DNA of 63,824 nucleotides, counting the filler, from Parasitella parasitica NRRL 2501 (lineage: Eukaryota; Fungi; Mucoromycota), in NCBI GenBank assembly GCA_025201805.1. It is 6 parts of 6 records of this genome, joined end to end, with 100 filler letters (N's around TTAATTAATTAA, not from the genome) between each part and the next. Parts side by side here need not be neighbours in the genome. Positions count along the whole stretch, not along the records: positions 26,903 to 55,758 come from MU619435.1; positions 55,859 to 58,654 come from MU619551.1; positions 58,755 to 63,824 come from MU619344.1; 3 more parts are not named here. One strand, given 5' to 3'. Under the pieces are notes generated by a model. It saw nothing but the letters and a program-made list of their open reading frames with translations. It ran no database searches and had not been told where the DNA came from. Positions 53,717-63,824 of this stretch are shown in pieces (position 1 is the first letter of the stretch; every line of letters begins with the position of its first letter). A program made the position numbers and the translations under genes.

Positions 53717-54280
53717 GGTAAAATGATAAAAAAAAGAAGATCTGTGAAATCTGCTATCAATAGAAACTCAATGGATGTAAACAGTCGCGCTCGGTTACCG
53801 GATCGTCATCTGGCGATTTAAGAAGGAACATCTATGTTGTTTTTCCATTGGGAAATTCACCATGTTTAACATGTCAGGCACACCTTTGATTAGTTAATAG
53901 TTGTTTCAATCCATCAAGCTCAAAATAAGTTTAAATATTTACCTTACATCCTTTCCAGGTACACTCAATAATGATCTGCATATTAGTGCCACAACAGCCA
54001 TTAGAACTGGAGCTTACAGCGCGAGATGCGTCAGGCATTTGTCGTTTTCAGGACAAAAACTGCACTGTTAATAAAGCTAGCCTTGCACGGTATGTTCCCC
54101 ATTATGATAAGCGTTTGGTGCAAAATAATGCATCCTGATTCTTGATTTCTTTATTCAGACATGTACTTTATCTGTATAATGTTTCTAAAAAAAACTAACT
54201 TGACTTTTTAGCCGGGATTTATTTTTGAAGGAAAATTATGCAAAATGAAAACAGTGATGCGCAGAGAGACTAGTTTCAAA

Positions 54281-54772
54281 TGTGAAATACATTCACTATG
54301 ATGATCTGCATTCCACTTCTAGATTCATCCAGTTACCTTAAATTGATATAGACTACAGTACATATGCGCACATCAGGTAATACGATGTACTGATCTGCCA
54401 TAATGTAGGATAGGAGATCATGATAATATACTTCAATTAAAGATTGGAGATTGTCCAATGATGTGTTGTTATACTTGTCGAAACAGGAGAATAAAACCTT
54501 TGTTTCAAATCAGGAAGGTTATCTGTAACACAGATCTATATGACTGACAAACAATAAAGTACTGTCAGATCAAAAATCGATAGCCTTGTAGTATAAATAA
54601 TACATCGTACCCTGTTAAGGATATGATGTTGCTTGCAAATTATTCTTATCGAATTAGTATCGACTAGTATTTTAAATAAGTCACCAAAAATTTATGTAGT
54701 TGTAAAAAGTATAAATAGCAGATGCAAATTTGAATCTAAAATAAAGTGATCGCAGGTTTTCATATCTCGTTT
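54281..54772. mobile_element. family D fragment (54281-54390) interrupted by LTR family B (54391-54772, inverted relative to the 11725 copy)
   Basis: TGATCTGCCATAAT.. is the reverse complement of the B end. D matches 4557-4660. Confidence 0.8.
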
Positions 54773-55170
54773 GCGATAAAAAAATATAATAAAAAATGCG
54801 GAAAGGATATACAATTATAACTCTGCGATATTTATTCAAAGTTAAAAATGTAAGCCAAGATCATTATATAAAATATAATCTGTGTATTTCATGTTACTAA
54901 TGCAGTAACTGGATTATCTCCAATTTAGGCTTCATGGGAAAGCAGTAACGATTGTGGTTCATAAGGAGCACAAAGGTGTACAATTGTCTTTATATGTTGA
55001 ATGTTAATGGTGATATTTGTCATGTTCAATGTTGCTCTCAAGGACACGGTTCTTAATAAAGATATGTCTTACTAATTCAAATGAGATGTGTGAAAGACTG
55101 CCAGTAGTTCACATCATCGTTAATTCAACGTTTTACTTTATGCTTTTCTTATATCGATCCTGCGGATCTC

Positions 55171-55412
55171 TGTTATGTCAAAAATCTGAGAAAATAAATC
55201 TGCCAACGAACTACACTTTTATTCATAATACATCTCTCGATGTATTATATACACATTCATTACTAATTTATCAGAATGAGAAATTATTCGAATAAAACGG
55301 TTGTGAATTAATCAGGTAAAGATCTCGTTTATTACATGGAAAAAATGATGGTTTATATACTAGTGAGTCTAAGTGGACTGATAAAAGACCTTGCCTTGTT
55401 ATTGATATAACA
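55171..55412 (-). mobile_element. chimeric solo LTR: family A ends with an internal family C fragment
   Basis: A termini with TSD ATCTC (55166-55170 / 55413-55417). 55264-55382 is the reverse complement of the LTR C 3' part. Confidence 0.82.
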
Positions 55413-55758
55413 ATCTCAACAAAATACTCATATCAGAATTGCATATAATCGATGATAGGCTTCGATAAACAGCAAAATAAACACTGTCTTATGCGCCATA
55501 AGAACAGGCATGATTATCGCTACATGAGCATAACTTGATTTGCACTGGGCGACCTTTCTATCAAAAGTTATCTGCAAAACCAGTTTTATTTTTCATTATT
55601 TATCATAAATATCAGACATTTGCTCATAACTTTTGCTAAAATGACCATAGAACCACGATCTAACTTGGAAAACTTAGCATTCACTTGGCGCTATCTGGAA
55701 ACAGCATTGGCTTCCATGTTTTTATTGATATCTATAAACTTATCACATGATATCACAA
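55413..55758 (-). repeat. inverted copy of the ~335-bp repeat at 1916-2437, running into gap
   Basis: CTGTCTTATGCGCCA..CAGGCATGATTATCGCTA..TCAAAAGTTAT..TAACTTTTGCTAAAATGACCATA..CTTGGCGCTATCTGG. Confidence 0.88.
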
Positions 55759-55858
55759 NNNNNNNNNNNNNNNNNNNNNNNNNNNNNNNNNNNNNNNNNN
55801 NNTTAATTAATTAANNNNNNNNNNNNNNNNNNNNNNNNNNNNNNNNNNNNNNNNNNNN

Positions 55859-58654
55859 AACATAAGCTTCAACTCTCTTTTCGTAACTCTTTCACCTCTA
55901 TCCAGGTCAAGAATATCATTGATATTGGAAACATTTGTTCTTGTTGTAGATGGCTCAATACCGCCCTCCTCCAATGGAATACTTATTAAATATTTGTAAT
56001 AGTCCTTCCAAGTTTGATATGCGCCTTTTGCTTCTTGAAATGTAGTCTCGAACAAGATTTTTTTTGTTACAATCTGCTGGTAATAGAAACTATCGCTGCA
56101 ATAAAATTGGGATCAATTTTATGTGAAAATAAAAAAAATAAAAAAAATAAAGCCAGAGAAATACAATTATAGTCTTTCCACCTTTATTTTCGATTAAAAG
56201 AAAACTGAAGAAAAGATACATGATCTTTAAGAGAGCTTGTATTTATACTACTTGTAAAATTGCCTCGCTACAGTGAGAATGCTTATTTTACAGCTTATTT
56301 GAAGAATGACTTTTGTTGACATTCTCTCACTTGTATTGTAGTTGAGATTTCGATATGTTGGTATTGAAATTGATACTATGGTTTTGGGCAGGATTGTCAT
56401 ATTTGAGGATCCTGATTATTTCTAATGCGACTGAGCTTTCCTTATTGTGTAATAAACAAGCCATTTCTGGCATCTAGAATTATTGCAATTGTTTTAACAA
56501 TTGCATTGTTCATACATGTTTAGAATTTGTTTATTTGTAATTATGAGTAGCGTTGTTCAACATTAGCATGTGCCAGGGTTGTAGGAGATTGTACTTTGAT
56601 CAGGAGTGCAAGCCTCTACCAACACTTGTTAATGTTTACTTGTGCTTTTCATGTATTTCTTTCTTGGATGGATCAGCCATGATCCATCTGGATTTTATTT
56701 TAATGTAATTGTGGTGCTATATAATAGGTGCCATTTCATTACAATCGCCATTCATTTCGCTTTGATTAAATGTTCGCCAAAACGCTCTCTTGCCACGAGC
56801 ACGCAATACAAAATTGGTTTTTCCACTTGTGACATTTTTGGGCAAGTGTTGACTGTAATATTGCCTATTCATGAATTCCCGTCGTTGCAAAGTTGCCTCA
56901 TCATCTGTATTGTCGACTTGAGATTTACGGATGTATGAGCAAAAAAATTCCGGTAATGTCAATGTCTCAGCACCATCTCTTTTTTCATATACGAATACAC
57001 TAGACTTTGCAAATATATCCTCGGAATCTTCTGACAGATCCTTAATATCATCTCTGATGCGCAATGAATCATAGCTGTATAGACCAGTGTTTAAAAAAAC
57101 CACATTTCTTGAATTAGAGTGTTTGTGCCACCCCAATAAGTCATAAGTAGCTTCGACAGCGCCAATTATCCTCGTTTTTAAATGGTCAGATTCTTTGATA
57201 AAGGAAGATTTTTGACGAAAACCTTGTTGGCCTTTACTTTGCAGGTTAACTGAAGTACCATAATCGTCTTTAGCCATGTACTTGGCTAAATATCTGACTG
57301 CTTGTGGCCCATCGTTATATTGTATGTCCATGTTTGTCCGAAACGCTGCCAATAGGTATGGATTGTAGTTATTAACCATGCAATCGGCTACACCTCTACG
57401 GTAAGTGACATGATGATCTTCATCCATGTAAGTTATCGTTGCTTCCGGCTTGGGAAATCCAAAGCGACATGGTCTCTCTGGTTGTCCTCGTTTACAGTAG
57501 CTTTGAATTCAAAAGTGTGTTAATTTACAATTGAGTCAACAAATACAAAAACTTACTTGACATTGCAAGAGTGTAATTGATGCTTGTTTACAAGGCGATG
57601 CATCAAAGGATCTCTGCTACTATTTCCCTGAGGGAACCATGTATGAACAACGTCTAAATCAATTAGTTCGTGAACTTTTTTCTCGGTCCAGAGCACCAGA
57701 TGTATGTGGGGACTACCCCTGTCTTGAACCTCCAACACCCAGCTATATTCATTTATGCCACCAATCTGATTTGCAAAGTGGCCTAGTATATAGCTCTTGA
57801 AGAACTTTAACCATTTTCTTTCCCAATGAAGAGCAAAAACGACAGGATCATCACATGCATTAATCATTCCAGGAATCAAGTTTTGGAAATCTGCGCTATC
57901 GTCAGCACACGAAAATGTCAGGAATAGTTGAGGCGAACCAAGGTTGTCGAAAATACATTGGAGATCGAGAAAGTTTTTCCTTTTGTATGCATAAGAAGAT
58001 CTGATTTGAGGTGGAACTGTGGACACTAGATTTTTGGTCAGTTTTTTCGTTTGCGAATTCACAATATCACTCTGCTTTAGCTTGGTGGTTCTTCCCTTAG
58101 TCGACACAACAAATCTGTTTGCCAATGCAATGTTCTTTTTCTCTACTGCATCTAGCATAAAAAAAAGAAAGGATGGGTCCTGAGCAAATCTCCTGTCTCT
58201 CATCAATAAGCGGGTTTTTGCATAGCCAGTAATAGTTTCACCCCTTAGCGTTGCAATGGCCACTCCACCTCTTTCCTCAGGGATATCGTAAATATTTTGC
58301 TCTGCAGATGTAGCAGTTTCTACTGACGGTCTGAAACTTTGCACCAGTGAATAATGTCCAGTGCATGTTGTAAAAAGATGAGGAAAAGTAAGGGCAAGGA
58401 GACTTGGGTGCGAATATTTGATCATTTTTCCGCCAATATCTTGACCTATGATCAAATCTTTGAAGTCAAAATCCGTTGCTTGTGGGTTTGTGTCTTCCAT
58501 TGCTAAAAGAGCATGGCTTTTCCAGTCAGCGGCAGCCCCGATGTGCTTTCTATTCTCTAAAACGTGATAATTCACCAATGAGTAAGTGAGCTTGGGTAGC
58601 TTGTATCTTGCCAGAAGAGGATTGACAGCTTGCAGAGCTTTGTAAACATCTTGA
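55859..58654 (-). mobile_element. Helentron/Helitron2 Rep (HUH Y2) coding region, both ends in gaps, disrupted by a solo LTR
   Basis: FPHLF, DRRFAQDPSFLFF, LGSPQLFLTFSCAD, EVQDRGSPHIH (HUH), intron 57501-57556, CRFGFPKP, NNYNPYLL..NMDIQ, YLAKYMAK. The S-AD and RGSPH variants are typical of the Helentron/Helitron2 group. Confidence 0.92.
56097..56743. mobile_element. solo LTR family E (647 bp) inserted in the Helentron Rep
   Basis: TG..CA termini with imperfect IR (TGCAATAAAATTGG / CCATTTCATTACA) and 5-bp TSD ATCGC (56092-56096 / 56744-56748). Removing it restores SEMNGD-SFYYQQ. Confidence 0.88.
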
Positions 58655-58754
58655 NNNNNNNNNNNNNNNNNNNNNNNNNNNNNNNNNNNNNNNNNNNNTT
58701 AATTAATTAANNNNNNNNNNNNNNNNNNNNNNNNNNNNNNNNNNNNNNNNNNNN

Positions 58755-59783
58755 TCTTATCATGGTGGTACTGACTACGTCGCTTGTCCTCAATCGAATA
58801 CTATAATATGGGTGGAAGTGTAACAAGAATGAAAAAGCAACAGAAACACAAACAAGAACTAGGCATTGAAAAGATTGAAACAGACATTCCCTCGCCTAAA
58901 ACTGCATCTGTGGAGCAATTTGTTCTGTACGTAGCCTACATGTTGCAGCACATGAATACGTTGTTTGATTTCTACAGCTTTGATACTTCCAAAGTCAGAT
59001 GGTTGAACTACCTTAGCTCTCAACAAGTTATCGAAGAAAGCGTCAATATCCTGATAAATGGCGGAAAGAAGTATAATAAGGGCAAGAGAAAAAAGACAAG
59101 AGCGAACAGAAAAAGAAGAAGAAAAAATCGCCACAGCTGTACTCGTGCTCCCAGAGAAAGAAACCCCATCACTACTGTTACAAGGTCCAAGAGGTATATA
59201 CTTTTCTCTAGTTTTTGTGAATTCAGTAAACTCTAACTGTTATTTTTGTAACTTACAACAGAAAAAACAAAGCTTGTTTTGAAGTAGGTGACAAAAGTAA
59301 GATGCCTCTGGTGGTCTTTGGTGACGGGTTAAAAAACAAAGATCATATACAGTTCAGAGGTTTAAGACACGGTGTTTCGAACAAAATATACAAGCAACTA
59401 CAAGCAAGAGAAAGAATTGGCGAACTATTACTTGTAGATATTAATGAGTTCAAAACATCGAAGGTTATTAAGGAAAAAACACACATAATTTACATATTGC
59501 ACTTTCAGCTAAAACCGATTATTCATAGATCTGCAACAACTGTCTCAAAGAAGATCTGGAGAATTTCAAGATAAGCCATGACAACGAAGAAACCAAAATC
59601 CATCAGGTATTGAAGTGTAAAACTTGCAATATTTACTGGAATCGCGATGCCATGGCCTCAAAGAACATGCTCACCATTGCCACATCAATTTGGTGTGGAA
59701 ATGGCCGCCCCCAGGTCTTCAAAAGACACACCGCCACCTCCAATGTGGTTGTTGCTGCTCACTCCGGTGAGTCAGTAACTTAA
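58755..59783 (+). CDS. Fanzor1 (eukaryotic TnpB-like RNA-guided endonuclease), 5' part in gap, two introns (59194-59261, 59464-59528)
   Basis: RRLSSIEYYNMGG..GIEKIETDIPSPKTAS..LFDFY..NGGKKY; PLVVFGDG..FRG.RHG; INEFKTSK|ICNNC..HQVLKCKTCNIYWNRDAMASKNM..GRPQVF. RuvC-II Glu, Zn finger and RuvC-III Asp are present. Possible 1-nt deletion at about 58775 near the contig edge. Confidence 0.9.
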
Positions 59784-59794
59784 AGATATTGCAG
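59710..59794 (+). ncRNA. predicted Fanzor omegaRNA overlapping the ORF end
   Basis: Hairpins GCCAC-ctccaat-GTGGT (59733-59749) and GTTGCTGCTCAC-TCCG-GTGAGTCAGTAAC (59751-59779, cUNCGg tetraloop). The position matches known TnpB/Fanzor omegaRNAs. Boundaries are inferred. Confidence 0.65.
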
Positions 59795-59859
59795 GTAAGA
59801 AGCTGTAACAATTCTGATTCTTCTGAAAGATACTAACATTGTCTCTATGTTCGTGCTCA

Positions 59860-59967
59860 TGTCCTATTTTCATCTTGTTGTCCCATTTTCGTATTTGCGA
59901 CCCATTTTTGTAATGGTGTCCCAACTCAATTTGGAAATGACCAAAATTTATTTTCATTGGCCCAACC
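59860..59967 (+). repeat. putative transposon right end with subterminal repeats (MULE-like)
   Basis: Repeated TGTCC(T/C)ATTTTC / GACCCATTTT / TGTCCCAA motifs ending ..TTGGCCCAACC. The partner end is not visible. Confidence 0.4.
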
Positions 59968-60909
59968 TAGTTTCGTCAACTGTAACGCCTATTATATGAA
60001 GTGTTGTCAATTTTTGAACAATGGCCCTGATAAGGATAATGAAACCGTGCGTATAACATATAGAGTTCCCTGGGATGATTATTCATTGTTTGCAGCGTAA
60101 ATTATACAATAAACTGTATTAATAATATCCTAATATATACCTATTATTAATTAACAGCAACAATCGCCATAATTCAATGAGATCATAATTATTAGTTTTA
60201 AATGCTCTTAGCTTTCCGCAGATTCTGATGTTGTAGCAACTGAATGAATAGCTTATCTCTTTTCTAATTTTTCACATTGTAAAGCACATTACTATATTAG
60301 ACGAGACAAACGCAAACCTATATTGATGGCCGATTTCCCATTCATCCAAATCAGCGATTTTCTCCTCTTTTCTGCAACTGCATTTGGATTTCTTGGGTTC
60401 TCCCAGTCACCCGTCGATACAATCAGTGATCTGCATGCAATAAACAATTTTTTATCTCTGTAATTGCTGACATGCTTACGCATGTACTATGCTAATTTAT
60501 TTACTCAGTAGTTGTCCAGATACAGTTGTCCAGACCTTGCCTACAAAGTGAAAGAACTGATAGCTGTGAATATATTCTAATGTCGCATTATATTTCTGAA
60601 GTCTAGAGATTTTACATATATGGAATCATCCAATTCTAAGAAATGCGCCAAAAATTCGCTGTAACAGTATCCCAAGGCACATTAGATAGTTAGTGAAAAA
60701 GTACTTGAAGAGTCATTTATTAGGTGAAATCCTGTTTTACCAGTGCAAAGGAGGCAGTGAAATGTTGTATAAATGTGTTTCATTAACATGATAAAGACTT
60801 TTTGAATAAAAGCAAATACAAAACCAGAGACTTTTATAGCATGAAATATGATTTCTATCCATACTAAAACCAAATCTTGATAAATCTTTATCTACATAAT
60901 TTGCTAAAG

Positions 60910-63760
60910 GCGCATATGCTATAAAATCAGCAAAATCTTGTTTTGGCAGTATCTCGATAGCAAAGATAGATATCGAGAATCCAAAGACGTAGTGAGATAC
61001 AGTTATTGCACTAGTACTAGTATATATTCTTAACTTAGAGCCCGAATTCGTACCTAAAAATAAGCCTAAAGATTGACACAAAGTTGAAAGCTGAAAATCG
61101 AATATGAGGTTTGGGTCCAAACATAGCTAAATCTGAAAAGTGATCAGAGATACATGAGGCGCGGATATGCTGTAGAATGGTGCAAAAGAGAAATATTTTA
61201 GCTAAAGATTATTTACCTCTATTACTTAGTAGCTTTTTAAGCTATTTAGAGATTGTAAATTAAGCCTTTAAGCGGGGAGAGAGGTAATATTTCAGATTTG
61301 CTGGTAATTTCTTCATCAAAAAATGAAGGTATACAGAGATGGTTTTTGAGCTCGTATTATATAGTATCTCAGCTATCGATTCATACTAAGACATAACCAA
61401 GCTACCTAATAGAATCATACTTTGCTCTTGAATTGAAAATAGTTGGTGCCCTCATACAGCAAAAAAATAGGCAGTAGATTGAATCTCAGCACTGTGTTTC
61501 CATTTGAGCCAAACCAGTTTCGAGCTTTTTTTTGCATAGTTCCTTGCTGGATATCTCAAGAGAGTAATAGGTATATCGGATATGCATGATGTATACGCAC
61601 TGCTACATCTGCACTATATCAATTCCTACAAGTACTACGCTTGCTGATTTACTGCAAATATATTATATGATTGTATCAGATACGAATCAGTATAATATCT
61701 CAACGGTCACTGGATATCGCAATGTCTTGGCTGCCATGACATCAACAAGATATGCGTACTTGCTCAAATGTCAAGGTGCAAACAAACTATTTGATATGTT
61801 ACATCAGCTCATATTCTTGGATCAATCTCAACAATGAAACATATCAAACCAATTGACAACGATAACACGGTGTATTTTCTATTCGTTCATCAACAGTGAC
61901 AACATACTATCACATTAATCTATTGGTTATTACAGCTACCATCTCAGTTGTAGTAAATAATTGAAGATATAAATACCCTGTATTTATATCATAATAAACG
62001 AGATACTTCTTTTATTGTTCGGATACAGTTGAAAGCTGTGAATTATTACAAGTCTCTTTTTATTGTATTGAAATATCTGAAATATACATCAATGCATACT
62101 AAGTGTTTATTACAAAGAGTAAATTCTACATCTAACCATATAAATTACAAAGCTATAGAAACACCTTTTCTTATCATCAATTTCCAAATATTCAAAAAAC
62201 GCCTTTTTGATAGTTTTTGAGTAAAATCAAGCATATTTTAAGCATATTCAGCTCTATAAAGTTGACCAAACAAACCTCCATGTCGATACCTACACATTAA
62301 TATTTTGTTTACAACTGTGGCTTTATTTTTTCTCTCAAAAATCAAAATCTTGTCTCGACCAAAATGAATTTACGATTTTCCGGTCCTATGTTTAGAGGGC
62401 CAAAATGAAGCCATCCAGAAGGGTTAAAATCAATTCCGTTTTTCGAGATTTTCTCGCTCAGAAATTCGTATTTTTTTACCAAACAAAAACCTTTCGGTAG
62501 CTATGTTGTAGCTTTATTTTTGTATTGCTATATCATATATCTTTATATACCATTTATTGCTCTGAAAGTCATAAAAATAAATTAAGCGTCTGCTAAAAGC
62601 ATATGAGAAAATATTTTTTTCTACCCATTCATTTAAAAACTAATACATCTAGTAGAGAATCAAGTTTCAAAAAGATTTTAGTAATATCTCAAGCCAAAGT
62701 GTCTTAGTGGTTTGTTCAGAAACTGAAGAACAAAGTTTAACATAAAAAGACAAAATTGGCTCAAGCTTTTCAAATTCGAGCTTAAATACAACATTTTTAA
62801 AACAAGTAGGTGTAACAAAGCGTGCTTTATTACTTTACTCAGAAACTTGAACTTGGTTTAGTTGCAAAATATGGTACTTGTTATAAGAACATATGCTGTA
62901 AAATCTGCTAAATCTGCAAAATCTAGTTTTGGCAATATCTCGACAGCAAAAATAGATATCGAGAATTGGAAGACGTAGTAATATACAGTTATCATACTAG
63001 TATTAGCCTGTATTCTTAGTTTGGACCTCAAATCCGTACCTAAAAATGACCCTGAAGATCGACTCAAAGTCGAAAATTGAAAATCAAATCTGAGGTTTGG
63101 GGTCCAGACATAGCAAAATCTGAAAAATGGTCAGAGATGCATGAAACTCAAATATGTTGTAGAATTGTGCAAAAAAAGAAGATTTTGGCTGAAGGTTGTG
63201 TCTCTATCACTTAATAGTTTGTAAAGATATCAGAAATTGCATTATAGGCCTTTAAGCGGGGGAAAAGGTGGTATTTATGATTAAGGGGCATTTATTTAAC
63301 CAAGTCATGAAGCTACATAAAAATAGCTTTTGAAGTCATATTTCACAGCATCTTGGCTATTGATTCAAATCAAAAGATAACCATATTGCTTATGGAGTTC
63401 ATGTTTTGTTCCTCAATTGAAATAGGTGCTTCACTGCTAAAGGCTTGTACTGTATTTGCAATAGTGAATTCAAGCTCAGAAGCATGTTGCCATTGCAACT
63501 TGCGCACATCCTAAATTTTCATTGCATAATGTCTCAAGATTTAAGAAGTATAATATTGCACATGTTTCCTTAATTATTTTTTTCAGTGTTTAAATTTTGC
63601 ATCAAACGATAATATAAAGTGTATTAGGCTTTAAAAACACCTTTTCATATTCCAAATGGCCGTCTTCTTGCATTTTTTGACCTTTTTGTTTCGCATTAAA
63701 TACTAATGCATTGAGTTGACCAAACAATCCAGCACGTCAAAATTTTGATTATATCCATAG
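60910..63760 (+). repeat. diverged direct duplication (about 60910-61480 vs 62890-63480; 62160-62290 vs 63636-63740)
   Basis: Shared ATATGCT.TAAAATC..GCAAAATCT.GTTTTGGCA.TATCTCGA..GATATCGAGAAT, CCTTTAAGCGGGG and AGTTGACCAAACAA. Confidence 0.8.
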
Positions 63761-63824
63761 TTTTACTATTTTCAATAATAACTGGAATCTCGCGCTGACT
63801 GAAATGATGATGAAAATCGCCTCT

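Overview
AT-rich, intron-containing fungal genomic scaffold. Gene content, short introns and TE repertoire point to Mucorales (Mucor/Parasitella-like; this is inference). There are six assembly gaps, five with an artificial TTAATTAATTAA linker. A gene-dense core (about 14.4-53.7 kb) holds about 16 host genes: Pib2-like FYVE, PPIL3 cyclophilin, GH16, Sds3-like, SPF30, a REase-fold family gene, two Zn2Cys6 TFs, mu-crystallin/OCD, TRIC-like, CEP104, tetraspanin, F-box/Kelch, TMEM223 and hypotheticals. The core is flanked by TE-rich zones with Helentron/Helitron2 Rep and PIF1 helicase halves, nested L1-like LINEs, at least five LTR families (solo copies with 5-bp TSDs), a gypsy gag fragment and a DUF6729-like TE gene; a Tc1/mariner relic lies inside the core. 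The main highlight is an intron-containing Fanzor1 (TnpB-like RNA-guided nuclease) at 58.75-59.78 kb. A predicted omegaRNA overlaps its stop codon and is followed by a 5' splice site plus a perfect TACTAAC branch point with no AG for about 130 nt, suggesting possible spliceosome-mediated guide 3'-end formation. A second, decayed Fanzor at about 31 kb keeps the same RNA hairpin architecture. The Helentron Rep and helicase halves, with inverted copies of a ~335-bp repeat, bracket the whole ~54-kb interval.
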